DNA of 18,361 nucleotides from contig JBEKDF010000047.1 of NCBI GenBank assembly GCA_050014495.1, forward strand, positions 1 to 18,361, read 5' to 3'. A program made the translations under genes and the position numbers. The notes below the pieces were generated by a model, which searched no databases, had not been told where the DNA came from, and saw only the letters and a program-made list of their open reading frames with translations. Origin of the DNA: Candidatus Bathyarchaeia archaeon (GTDB taxonomy: Archaea; Thermoproteota; Bathyarchaeia; TCS64). Shown one piece after another: positions 8,018-17,184 of the stretch (positions are counted from its first letter, which is position 1; every line of letters starts with the position of its first letter).

Positions 8018-9334
8018 CTATATTCCATGCCAAGGTATCTCAATGTGGCCTGGAATCCCCGCCTTCTCTTTACCATACCTCTTTAGAGGTTTCGTGAGAT
8101 GCCTCTCTGCCCTCGGTGGAGGAAGGTATAGTCCCCGTTTGATCTTCCTCTCTACTTCTTGGGAATTCCTCACAATGTCGATGCCTCGAAAGCCGCACCT
8201 CTTGCACCTGAGGCCCTGTCCCTTACCCATCGATTCTGTTGGTCCTCCGCATTTAGGACAGCGAGGATTAACAAGTATAATCTCAGGGGAGAGTGATAGT
8301 ATTTCAAGCCTTTCGAGGTTGAGTGTTAATCCCAAGTTAGTTTCTCTTACTCCACCTGCAGCCGTGATTTCGTCGCCTTTCCTAAGATTCGTGATGAGGG
8401 TTCTGAAACTTCCTGATGGTTCGTAGGCGGCACAGTCTATTCTCCCCGAGCCATCTTCTAAACTGAAGATTACATGGCCACCTTCTATGATCCTGGGTCT
8501 ATCCTCAACGATACCTGTGACAACACATGGGTAGTGTGCTTTGAGTTCGGATATCTGATAGGCTAGGGTGAGGTGTGCATCAGTTCCTTGGTTGGTTCTA
8601 AAGATGACCCATTTCTCTATTGGTTCACCTACCACGATTTCCCTCTTCGCAGCTAGGACCACTTTAGGGGTCTCTCCTCTAACTCCATAGAGGACCGGGT
8701 CAGGACCACGGGGTGCGATAAGAACTTGCCCTTTCTCTGGATCGAAGCTATTAAAGGTGTCTGGAATAGTCTTTTCAATATTCTTCACTGAGTCGCTGTC
8801 TATCCGCCTTAACGTACCTCTTTTACTGGGGATCCTGTAGGTTAGTAACTCGTATGTGTAATCTCCATCGAGGACGCCGCCAATTGCAGCAAGTGCTCCA
8901 ATTAGACCTCTTTTATTCTTCCACGCTACGGCTGATGCGGAGTATCTAGAAATTAGGCGCTCCGCCTCCTCGATTTGAACGATAGTCTGTACGACCTCTA
9001 AGTAGAATGTATTCAGTTCCGCTGGGACCTCGCCAAGGTGGAAGACGATGCCTGGGTTTGTGTTATCGCACTGGAATTCGGCGTTTGCCTCCACTGTACT
9101 GATGACTGCTTTTTTAATTTCGGATTCTCTTCCCTCTGGTACCTCTATGCGTAGGCAGATCGCACCGTTTCCTCTGGTCTTCCACGGTGCGTTGGGGTTG
9201 AGTCTTAGCAGATTCGGGTAGTCTACAAATTTGCAACCCAGAGTCTCAAGCCTATCCACTAGTAAAGCAGCTACATATGTCGTGCAGCCCCCCTCGGGAG
9301 AGTCAGTGTCATCGATTCCGATGTGGAGTAGCAT
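8018..9334 (-). CDS. tiaS: tRNA(Ile2) 2-agmatinylcytidine synthetase
   Basis: HIGIDDTDS..GGCTTY, LLRLNPNAPWKTRGNG, PDPVLYGVRG, TNQGTD.H, OB-fold AAYEP, CPKC..CKRC, HLTKP. Start set at MLLHIG (9334). Confidence 0.96.
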   Translation of the reverse strand: MLLHIGIDDTDSPEGGCTTYVAALLVDRLETLGCKFVDYPNLLRLNPNAPWKTRGNGAICLRIEVPEGRESEIKKAVISTVEANAEFQCDNTNPGIVFHLGEVPAELNTFYLEVVQTIVQIEEAERLISRYSASAVAWKNKRGLIGALAAIGGVLDGDYTYELLTYRIPSKRGTLRRIDSDSVKNIEKTIPDTFNSFDPEKGQVLIAPRGPDPVLYGVRGETPKVVLAAKREIVVGEPIEKWVIFRTNQGTDAHLTLAYQISELKAHYPCVVTGIVEDRPRIIEGGHVIFSLEDGSGRIDCAAYEPSGSFRTLITNLRKGDEITAAGGVRETNLGLTLNLERLEILSLSPEIILVNPRCPKCGGPTESMGKGQGLRCKRCGFRGIDIVRNSQEVERKIKRGLYLPPPRAERHLTKPLKRYGKEKAGIPGHIEIPWHGI

Positions 9335-9401
9335 GCGGGTTTCTCTTCGAGTGATGATTAAAGCTCTATAAAGGTTGTTAGGGGATAACTGTACGATTGT
9401 A

Positions 9402-9884
9402 ATGAGGCTCATTGGGCGTATGGATAAGCTCAAACAGGCCCGTGTCGAGGGCTTCATCAGGTACCCACCGGACAACGTCAATCTACAAATTACATTTCTC
9501 GTAGATACTGGCTGTAGCAACTCCTGTATCCTCCCCGATGACGTTAAGAGGCTTAGTATTGATCATGGAAATCTACAGACTGTTACGAAGACTATAGTGA
9601 CGGCTAATGGACCTGTGAACCTCAAGGTGATTCAGAATGCGGAAGTGGTTCTCCCCGTTCAGGTGGGGCTCTTGGATAACAAACGTGCCTATGTGACCTT
9701 CCCAATGGAAAACCTTGCCGTCTTACCACCTGGGTCAAATTATGTGCCACTACCGAAAGAATTGATCTTTAGCCTCCTTGGCATGGATGTCCTCAGCCAT
9801 TTTCCTCGCTGGAACTTCGGGAAAGAACGCCTTGTAATGGAGAATGATGAGGTTTTAGGTCTGAAGATGAGCTTTAAACTGTAG
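9402..9884 (+). CDS. Retropepsin-like (clan AA) aspartyl protease family protein
   Basis: FLVDTGCS catalytic motif, TANG flap-like segment, SLLGMDVL. ATG at 9402 lies about 30 nt after CTATAAA. Confidence 0.82.
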   Translation: MRLIGRMDKLKQARVEGFIRYPPDNVNLQITFLVDTGCSNSCILPDDVKRLSIDHGNLQTVTKTIVTANGPVNLKVIQNAEVVLPVQVGLLDNKRAYVTFPMENLAVLPPGSNYVPLPKELIFSLLGMDVLSHFPRWNFGKERLVMENDEVLGLKMSFKL

Positions 9885-9910
9885 GAGAATGAGACCGGCT
9901 CAAACATAGG

Positions 9911-10138
9911 CTAAACAACTATCATAGTTAGTGTGCTGCGAACTTTGTCAAGGCGCCTGATTTTCCAGCTTATGATGTCCTTGAGCTCCTGCATGGTATC
10001 AGTCTCGATACGAGCGATTATGTCGTAGACGCCATAAACCATGTGGGCCTCCTTGACTTCCTTAATATCCTTGAGGCCCTTCAGCACCTCGGTCTCTGCG
10101 CCGATCTCCGCGTTTATTAACACGAATGCCGTTGCCAT
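9911..10138 (-). CDS. Stand-alone Lrp/AsnC ligand-binding (RAM) domain protein
   Basis: AFVLIN...VYGVYDIIARIE...IRRLDKVRSTLTMIV; no HTH. TTTAAATA at 10171-10178 (minus strand) lies upstream. Confidence 0.92.
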   Translation of the reverse strand: MATAFVLINAEIGAETEVLKGLKDIKEVKEAHMVYGVYDIIARIETDTMQELKDIISWKIRRLDKVRSTLTMIVV

Positions 10139-10227
10139 TTTAATCACTAGATATCTCTATGGGATGAGGGTATTTAAAATTACAGTTGTTAAGTAGATTA
10201 GCTGAGTAGTGGATGGGTGTAATCTAG

Positions 10228-10965
10228 TTGCCTCATTTGCAGGTCAACGGTGAAGAACTTGTGGTTGAGTTTGCTCTCTTCGACGTGGATGGTACATTAG
10301 TTGATGATGAGGACAGGTACAGAAGCTTGGCTGCCCTCCGTTTCAAGGCCCTCGAAGCGAGGGCTGGTAGGGTAGCAGCAGAGATGTGGGCTCCCCTCGG
10401 CGGGTATGACCCTGTAAAACTTACACTGGATATGTCGGGACCAATAGCGAAGGCTGCGAGGAGGGAGGACATGGCGATCGCCGCCGTCGCGATCTACAAG
10501 ACAGGTTGTGGCTGGCACGAGGCGAGGGCACTCGCTGAAGCCGTCTACGCTGAAGCGGATGAGGTCCAGATGCGTGACTACACACCTAAACTCTATCCAG
10601 GAGTGGAAGACAGTCTACGCCGTATGAAGGTCGCTGGCTTCACGCTTGGGATAGCGACAAATGGCTCAAACCGTATAACTAGTGAATTACTTTGTATTCT
10701 CGGAATTCTGGACCTATTCTCCTTTATCGTCGGTTCGGAGGATGCCGAAAACCCGAAGCCTGCCCCAGATTTGCTGCTTGCCGCTTGTAGTAAAGCGAAG
10801 ATACAGCCATCGAACACAGTTTACATAGGTGATCAGTCTGTGGACGCCGAGGCTGCTAAGGCCGCTGGATGCGTATGGAGCATTATAGTTGGCCGGACGC
10901 ACGTCACGCCATCGCTCCAGGTTCGCCGTGTCGCTTCAGTCGCTGACCTTGTAGTTCACCCGTGA
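10228..10965 (+). CDS. HAD-superfamily hydrolase (phosphoglycolate phosphatase-like)
   Basis: FDVDGTL (motif I), ATN (II), KPAP (III), IGDQSVD (IV). Confidence 0.9.
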   Translation: MPHLQVNGEELVVEFALFDVDGTLVDDEDRYRSLAALRFKALEARAGRVAAEMWAPLGGYDPVKLTLDMSGPIAKAARREDMAIAAVAIYKTGCGWHEARALAEAVYAEADEVQMRDYTPKLYPGVEDSLRRMKVAGFTLGIATNGSNRITSELLCILGILDLFSFIVGSEDAENPKPAPDLLLAACSKAKIQPSNTVYIGDQSVDAEAAKAAGCVWSIIVGRTHVTPSLQVRRVASVADLVVHP

Positions 10966-11004
10966 GTCTTAAAACCTCCCAAGCTACCTGAGAGTTGAAG
11001 TGGC

Positions 11005-12525
11005 ATGATCCTCGACGAGTACCTGACGGCGCGGGAGATACAGGCCGCGGAGTATAACGCGAACTACCTCGGTGTCTCAAACCTCCTTCTAATGGAGAGT
11101 GCGGGCGAAGCAGTGGCGAACGTTATCGCGGCGAAGGTCAAGACTGGGGGGCTGGTCCTAGTCGCTTGCGGCCTCGGCGGTAATGGCGGAGATGGATTCG
11201 TCGCGGCGCGCCACCTGGCAGACCGCGGGTACCGCGTCAAAGTCATCCTTGTTGGTAACCCGAATACGATACGATCCGAGGAAACAAGACATAACTTCGA
11301 GGTCGCACAGCTGATGACGGGTAGTCTAGAGCTTAAGATAGTCGAAGATTCCACGCAAGTCGAGCCCATCGAGGCCCATGCTGTTGTTGATGCTCTCATC
11401 GGTTATACCTATCATGGAGGCTTATCACCCGTAAACAAAGCAGTGATAAAAGCCATTAACGCCTCATCAGCATATACAGTTTCAATCGACACACCAACAG
11501 GGCTGGTCGTCGACACTGGGGAGGCCCCCGAGGAGTGCGTAGAAGCAGACGTAACAGTCACATTCCACAAGCCAAAGACCGGCTTCAAGGGCAAACCTAA
11601 GCAGATGGGGAAACTTATAGTAGCAAAGCTCGGGTTACCATTCGAAGCAGAACTATTTACAGGGCCTGGTGATGTTCTGCTCGTCAATAAGAGGCGTGAG
11701 GCAGAGAGTCACAAGGGTATGTTCGGGCGGCTGCTAGTCGTCGGAGGAAGCGAAACATATCACGGAGCCCCAGCGTTAGCTAGCATGGGTGCTCACGCGA
11801 CAGGCATTGATCTCGTATACACAGCGGTTCCAGAGTCAGCTGCTGATGGCGTGTCCGTTATCTCTCCCAGCATGATAGTCGTCAAGATGAAGGGTAAGAG
11901 ACTAACTCCTATGAACATCGCGCAACTGAGGCCCTTCATCGATAAGGTAGATGCAGTCGCCGTCGGGCCTGGTTTAGGTCTCGACGATGATACGAAGAAA
12001 GCGGCGCTACAGCTGATCAAGGAGGTGGAGACTCGGAAGCTGCCACTCATCGTAGACGCGGATGCACTCAAGGCATTCGGTGAGAAGAGGAGGAAGCTCA
12101 AAGTTCCCGCTGTCTTTACCCCCCATAGTAGGGAGTTCGAGGTCCTCACCGGGCGGAAGGCCGAGGGTGATTGGAGGGAGAAGGGCGCTATCGTTGAGGA
12201 AGAGGCGAAGCGCCTAGGCTCCATAATCCTCCTCAAGGGAGCCGTTGATATCATTAGTGACGGCTTTCACACGAGGTATAATTGGACAGGAAACCCAGGC
12301 ATGACCGTAGGTGGGACGGGTGACGTTCTCACAGGGATATCCTCGGGCTATATTGCTCAGGGGGTGGAGCCTATGCAGGCAGCCTGCGCTGGTGCATTCA
12401 TAAACGGTGCTGCCGGAGACGCCGTATACGCCGAGAAGGGATACCACATTCTCCCAGAGGACGTTGTCCAGTTCATCCCCTACATCGTCGAGGACGCTTT
12501 AGATGGTAAGATGAGGCTCGTCTAG
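11005..12525 (+). CDS. nnr: Bifunctional NAD(P)H-hydrate epimerase/dehydratase (YjeF)
   Basis: LMESAG, GGNGGDG, SIDTPTG, TVTF; then SHKG.FG, GPGLG, VDADAL, TPH..EF, LLKG, GNPGMTVGGTGDVLTG. Confidence 0.96.
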   Translation: MILDEYLTAREIQAAEYNANYLGVSNLLLMESAGEAVANVIAAKVKTGGLVLVACGLGGNGGDGFVAARHLADRGYRVKVILVGNPNTIRSEETRHNFEVAQLMTGSLELKIVEDSTQVEPIEAHAVVDALIGYTYHGGLSPVNKAVIKAINASSAYTVSIDTPTGLVVDTGEAPEECVEADVTVTFHKPKTGFKGKPKQMGKLIVAKLGLPFEAELFTGPGDVLLVNKRREAESHKGMFGRLLVVGGSETYHGAPALASMGAHATGIDLVYTAVPESAADGVSVISPSMIVVKMKGKRLTPMNIAQLRPFIDKVDAVAVGPGLGLDDDTKKAALQLIKEVETRKLPLIVDADALKAFGEKRRKLKVPAVFTPHSREFEVLTGRKAEGDWREKGAIVEEEAKRLGSIILLKGAVDIISDGFHTRYNWTGNPGMTVGGTGDVLTGISSGYIAQGVEPMQAACAGAFINGAAGDAVYAEKGYHILPEDVVQFIPYIVEDALDGKMRLV

Positions 12526-13394
12526 GACAAGAGGGGGTGGACATTCTCGTCTAACATCGACCATAGCTTTTCTGTAGGGATCTGAATGTCCCTGTGAGGC
12601 GCATATCTATTCACAGCCATCAACATGTCGAGGTATGGCTTCTGTCTGATCCCGGGATAGTCCGTCCCGAAGATCAGCTTTTGGAGGACTCCCATGTTCA
12701 TCGCTGTGAGGAGGTCTTTCCAGAGGAGCCAGAGATAGCTTGGGTGGTTGATGTTCCCGTAGGGCCAGCTGATGTCTGCGTAGACGTTCTTCTGCTTTCT
12801 GAGGACGTAGAGTGTCTCGTCGACTCTTGGGTATCCGAGGTGCGCTAGGATTATTTTCATCTTTGGAAAGTTCTTGGCTACTACGTCTATCTGTGCCGGG
12901 TCCGTGTGGTAGAGGAGGTCATGTGACTCGGGCATACCCGCGTGGTGGATGAGGACGGGCATATCAAGTTCCTGTGCAACGTCGTAGACCTCGAAGGCAT
13001 TGGGGTCATCCGGATTGTAGCTGTCGGTGCATGGGTAGAGTTTCAAGCCGAAGAGGCCAAGCTCCTCTCTCTGTCTCCGCAGCTCCTCCGCGGCACCGCG
13101 GAGGACGGGGTTCACGTAGCCGAAGCCCATGAGCCTGTCTGGAGCCTTCTTGACGAAGGCCGCGACCTGTTTAGGCGTCGTACGCATATCGCTAAGAACA
13201 ACTGCCTTGTCGATACCTGCCTCATCTAAGTCGGCGAGGAACTCCTCTACGCTTACAGAGATGATCGTTGGGTGGGCGGGGTCGGTATACTCAGTTATGC
13301 TGATGTGGCAGTGGTAATCTACCTTAGGGAGGCCAGTGGGCTTCCTAGATCCACCCTCCTCCTTTAGCTGAACAATCGTATCCATTCCCGACAA
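12522..13394 (-). CDS. Amidohydrolase-2 family metal-dependent hydrolase
   Basis: DYHCH, GLKLYP, PVLIHH, IILAHLGYP, YADIS, FGTDYP. Start position uncertain. Confidence 0.88.
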   Translation of the reverse strand: MSGMDTIVQLKEEGGSRKPTGLPKVDYHCHISITEYTDPAHPTIISVSVEEFLADLDEAGIDKAVVLSDMRTTPKQVAAFVKKAPDRLMGFGYVNPVLRGAAEELRRQREELGLFGLKLYPCTDSYNPDDPNAFEVYDVAQELDMPVLIHHAGMPESHDLLYHTDPAQIDVVAKNFPKMKIILAHLGYPRVDETLYVLRKQKNVYADISWPYGNINHPSYLWLLWKDLLTAMNMGVLQKLIFGTDYPGIRQKPYLDMLMAVNRYAPHRDIQIPTEKLWSMLDENVHPLLS

Positions 13395-13440
13395 ATCTGT
13401 GACCTCTGAAGGATACGGGCTCTTACTAGTAAAAGACTTG

Positions 13441-14157
13441 TTAAATCCTAGGTATTAGGAGCCATGGTGCTTTTCTGGTTCTATCCCTGCTGATGAAGGC
13501 CTCAGCGTAATCTACGTTGCATTCAGTTCCGTTGGCTGCGAAGCGTTCTCTGAACCGATCCCAGACCTTTTCTGCTTGGTCTTGATCAGGTGGTCCATCG
13601 ATCTCCCAAGTCGCCCACTGGCTCGCATGACAGAGAAATGCTCTATGTTTCATCTCCATTTGGTTGGTGACATCTACGAAGGCGTCGGGCTCGATCGGTG
13701 TCATCGTCTCCCCAAAGAAGTATACCTCGGGTTCAGGCCGATGGTATGGGTATTTGGTTACGTTTAGGGGGAGGCTGGCTTTCAGGGTTGCGTCGCTGGC
13801 TGCGAGGCCTACGTGTCTATGGTCGTCCCGCCAGACGAGAGGATGAAAAGTGATGACGATGTCGGGTTTGAGTCTCCTGTAGACGTCGACAAGTGTTTCC
13901 CTGAGTTCATCCCCGTCTGGCACTGAAGCGTCCTCGTATTTGAGCCAGAATAACCTCGCGCCTAGAATCTTAGCCGCCTTCTCCATCTCCCTTGTCCTTA
14001 GTTTGCTTAGATCCTCCGAAGGCATCTTCCAGTGACCCTTCTCGCCACGTGTGGCGACGACTATAGTCGCCTTTCCACCATCCGCGACGTGTCTCGCGAT
14101 CGTCCCGCTAGCATAAGTCTCGTCGTCTGGGTGGGCGCCAATGAAGATTAGATGCAT
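13441..14157 (-). CDS. PIG-L/LmbE-family N-deacetylase
   Basis: GAHPDDE, TRGEKG, R.RE...AA..LG, PDIVITF, DDH, HASQ, YAEAF. The ATG overlaps the GH4 stop (TGATG). Confidence 0.92.
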   Translation of the reverse strand: MHLIFIGAHPDDETYASGTIARHVADGGKATIVVATRGEKGHWKMPSEDLSKLRTREMEKAAKILGARLFWLKYEDASVPDGDELRETLVDVYRRLKPDIVITFHPLVWRDDHRHVGLAASDATLKASLPLNVTKYPYHRPEPEVYFFGETMTPIEPDAFVDVTNQMEMKHRAFLCHASQWATWEIDGPPDQDQAEKVWDRFRERFAANGTECNVDYAEAFISRDRTRKAPWLLIPRI

Positions 14158-15389
14158 CAAGATTTCTCCTCGAACTGGGGGAGGAGGTCCCTATGTGCTT
14201 CGAATAGCTCGTTGAACGCCTTCTCAGCGGCGACGTTGTCCTGCACGACTGGATCTGCGAGCATTGCCTGCATTGCTTTCTTCTTGTCTCCCTTCGCAGC
14301 CGCCTCAACGACTAGGTTCTGGATAAGTATCTGGATGTTACAGATTGCAGCTAGGCCATGTGGGAGTTCGCCGACGTGGATCGGGTGAACGCCACCCCTA
14401 TTAATCACGGCAGGGGTCTCAACGATTGCATCGGAGAGGAGGTTGGGTACCTGCCCCTCATTAGGGAGGTTGACCTGTAGCTCAGTGTGCCCCGAGTTTG
14501 TTATTACCCCCTCAATGATCCTTATAGCGCCTTCCCCGGAGAGTTCGCCCTTGATTTTCAGTGTCTCCTTTCCCTCGATTAGTCTATTTATCCTCAGCCA
14601 GGCTTCCTGCCCCTCGATCTCCATCCTATCGATCCAGTTGAAGCCTCTGTCCAGCGGTGGACACGCCTCCCAAGCGTAGGCAAGATACTCCCCTACATGA
14701 TTGTCGTCAGTACTCGGGTAGAGACCAAACTTCTTGTATAATGCCCTGCAGAGTGGCTGAAAGCCCTTGGCGTTCTCAAACCCCTTCTCGAGGAGCGGAT
14801 AGGCGTTCTCACCGTTCTTTAGCCTCAACTCCTTGAACCAGCTGAAGTGATTGAGTCCAGCGCTGGTTGCATCAAGTAGCTGGGTAGGGACACCTATGAC
14901 GGGAGCCAGGCGTCTCATCTCGTGCTCCACTTCATGACAGAGCCCAACAGTCTTGACCTCAGTACACCTGCTTATGGCGAGGCAGAGACGGGGGACCGGG
15001 TTGGTGTAGTTTAGAAGGAGCGCGTCTGGGCAGTGTAATTCGATGTCATGGCACACATCGAGAACGGGAGGCACCATCCTCATAGTGTGAAAGAGACCAC
15101 CGGGTCCACCGTTCTCACCGATAACCTGTTTAATACCATATTTGAACGGCACCTCCCAGTCTATCCTCCATCGATGCATCCTGTCGGTTGTCTTCTCGAC
15201 TTCGAGACCAGCACCTACCTCCTCATTCATCTTCTTGGCTAGCCCAGCCATAGAGCTGAGTCGCCTCTCATCGATGTCGTGCAAAACTAGGTTCGCCCCC
15301 CTTAAGCCGGGGAGGTTGACGGCGTCAAGGACTGAGTTATAGCCGAAGACAGCGCTGCCCGCTCCTATCAGGACTATCCTATTCGCCAT
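14157..15389 (-). CDS. Glycoside hydrolase family 4 (alpha-galactosidase/glucosidase-like), apparently with an internal in-frame deletion
   Basis: IGAGS, L.DID, GENGGPGG, NYTNP, GLCH, GLNH, H.GE, VETP, ADP. The segment normally following TTDR (AL.GADFV...) is absent. Start set at MANRIV. Confidence 0.9.
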   Translation of the reverse strand: MANRIVLIGAGSAVFGYNSVLDAVNLPGLRGANLVLHDIDERRLSSMAGLAKKMNEEVGAGLEVEKTTDRMHRWRIDWEVPFKYGIKQVIGENGGPGGLFHTMRMVPPVLDVCHDIELHCPDALLLNYTNPVPRLCLAISRCTEVKTVGLCHEVEHEMRRLAPVIGVPTQLLDATSAGLNHFSWFKELRLKNGENAYPLLEKGFENAKGFQPLCRALYKKFGLYPSTDDNHVGEYLAYAWEACPPLDRGFNWIDRMEIEGQEAWLRINRLIEGKETLKIKGELSGEGAIRIIEGVITNSGHTELQVNLPNEGQVPNLLSDAIVETPAVINRGGVHPIHVGELPHGLAAICNIQILIQNLVVEAAAKGDKKKAMQAMLADPVVQDNVAAEKAFNELFEAHRDLLPQFEEKS

Positions 15390-15485
15390 TACCTGATCTT
15401 GAAGCGGCACAGATGATAAAATTAACGTGTGAAAGAGAAGAGGATTAGTGGGGATAGTGATGCGCGGGATGTTGTATGAGGGGTG

Positions 15486-16331
15486 CTACCTCCTCTCAGC
15501 GGTCCCAGCTATACTGATGGCAGCGCGGAGCCCTCTCAAGGCATTAGGGTAGTCTTCGAAGGCACAGTGTGTTGTCTTCCCATCGACCCTATCCATGTAG
15601 GGGAGTACGCAAACGACATCCGCCATCGTTGAAGTCATCCATCTTAGCTTTACGTCAACAGGTTCGTTGACCCAGTAAGCGTTGACCTTCCCGATGTCCT
15701 CGAGGGCCTCTTTTGCCTTCTGTTTAATTAAAGCTCGACTTTTATTTGGGTGGAGGCATTTCGCGGAGTATCTGCCGACCGCCCACTTGATTGTCGCTGT
15801 TGTTATACCCGGGACGAAGCTCTCGGCCTCCGCCGCTGCGGCTGCGTCCCCGGCTAGAAAGACCGAGGGTACTCCATACCAACCCGCGAGTGCAGCATTC
15901 ATCCCAAATTCTCCCGTTTCCCTCCCGTTGATTATGACAGCGTCTACCGTGGCGCTTGATATTGTGTGGGCGAGGATGCCGTTCTCAGTGCCATTCATCG
16001 AGTGATAACCTACGTAGAACGCGGCGTCGTAGTGTCCATCGTTTATACCCTCCATCATGCTGTCGGGTTTAGGACTCCCTCTAACAAGATACGCGGCCTC
16101 GTTTACATCCTCTGGTAGTAGATTCCTCATTCCTCCGTGGGCATCACTCACGACGACCTCCTTTACCCCTGCTGCTAAGGCGCCTTCGATGGCGGCGTTG
16201 AGATCGCCGGCCATCATTTTCCGGTAGTAGGAGTACTCTAAGTGGGTCATGTCGACATGAGTCCAGTCGACGATACTGGAAATGCCCTCCATGTCGATGG
16301 AGATAAACACTCTTTTGTTAACCAATTCCAA
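15486..16331 (-). CDS. Peptidase family M55 D-aminopeptidase (DppA-like)
   Basis: ISIDMEGISS, SDAHG..RN, SMMEG, GYH, LAHT, GEFGMNA, AGD. Confidence 0.93.
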   Translation of the reverse strand: MELVNKRVFISIDMEGISSIVDWTHVDMTHLEYSYYRKMMAGDLNAAIEGALAAGVKEVVVSDAHGGMRNLLPEDVNEAAYLVRGSPKPDSMMEGINDGHYDAAFYVGYHSMNGTENGILAHTISSATVDAVIINGRETGEFGMNAALAGWYGVPSVFLAGDAAAAAEAESFVPGITTATIKWAVGRYSAKCLHPNKSRALIKQKAKEALEDIGKVNAYWVNEPVDVKLRWMTSTMADVVCVLPYMDRVDGKTTHCAFEDYPNALRGLRAAISIAGTAERR

Positions 16332-16577
16332 GATGAAAACCTCTTTTTGATCAAATTATGTAATGCCTTTTCAGGGATTTGATACTTGCTATCCCACATC
16401 GGGCAGGCTATTCTAAGTGTAACTCTGATTGCTTGAAGCCATGGCTCAGAGTAATCAGGGTCTCGGAGCCTAATAGAGGTCTTGGAAATTACTTTTTCAT
16501 CTCTTCCTTCATTGAAGAGGGCAAGTCTATGCCTGTAAATAAATAAAATAACTTCATACCTGCAATAATTGATCCTA

Positions 16578-16617
16578 AATAACTTTATCCTCACTTCCAC
16601 CTGACTCTAATCCGTGA
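16578..16617 (+). repeat. 40-bp direct repeat, copy 1 (promoter-like)
   Basis: aataactttatcctcacttccacctgactctaatccgtga; 36/40 identical to 17180-17219. Confidence 0.95.
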
Positions 16618-16623
16618 ACTAGA

Positions 16624-17184
16624 TTGGTGGATTTAGTTACCCTTCAATCAGCGGCTTATGCTGCCCAGATAGTTGGAGTGGTGGGGACCTTGACCGCCGC
16701 CTTCGTAGGAGTAAGGAGCTACATAGGCTCCAACAGGAGAGCCGAGGACGCCAGGACGAGGGAGCTCGACACCAGACAGGCGCAGCTCTTCATGGGGATA
16801 TACGAGGCGATGTACTCGGAGAGCTTCCAGGAGTCAGCCATTGAGTCGCTATACATGAAGATAAACGACATCAATGAATACATCTCTATGATCGAGGATC
16901 CGCAGAGATCGAAGAAGTTTAGCATTTGGGGTATGTGGCTGGAGGGGCAGGGCGTTCTAGTTAGAGAAGGGTTCGTCGACGTGAAGCTGGTTGCTGAGCT
17001 TACGGGTGGCCTGATTGTGATGTGGTGGAGGAAGTGGGGGCCCTTCATTCTTAGCTTTAGGAGGATGGGTGACAACTCTCGCCACATGGTTGAGGCGGAG
17101 TACCTTGTGAGGAGGGTGGTTGAGTACGGTGTGTTGCATCCTGAGCTCGGCATAGTGTCTACCGATCTCAAGTTCTCACAATAA
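16624..17184 (+). CDS. Hypothetical protein with a single N-terminal TM helix (DUF4760-like archaeal family)
   Basis: Hydrophobic helix AQIVGVVGTLTAAFVGV, then TRQAQLFM.IY, EGQGVLVREGFVD, WWRKWGP and EAEYL. This pattern is familiar from an expanded archaeal family; the domain name is tentative. Confidence 0.75.
   Translation: MVDLVTLQSAAYAAQIVGVVGTLTAAFVGVRSYIGSNRRAEDARTRELDTRQAQLFMGIYEAMYSESFQESAIESLYMKINDINEYISMIEDPQRSKKFSIWGMWLEGQGVLVREGFVDVKLVAELTGGLIVMWWRKWGPFILSFRRMGDNSRHMVEAEYLVRRVVEYGVLHPELGIVSTDLKFSQ

Noticed and set aside
9335..9520. 62-aa N-terminal extension of TiaS in the ORF track
   Set aside because: It overlaps the opposite-strand protease gene, and TiaS homology begins at MLLHIGIDD.
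12522..12525. CTAG encoding the stop codons of both convergent genes
   Set aside because: A common feature of compact genomes; no special significance.
1528..17171. Many antisense or alternate-frame ORFs (e.g. 1528-1929, 8043-8426, 11793-12254, 15682-16005, 16719-17171)
   Set aside because: They are shadows of well-supported genes and have no recognisable motifs.
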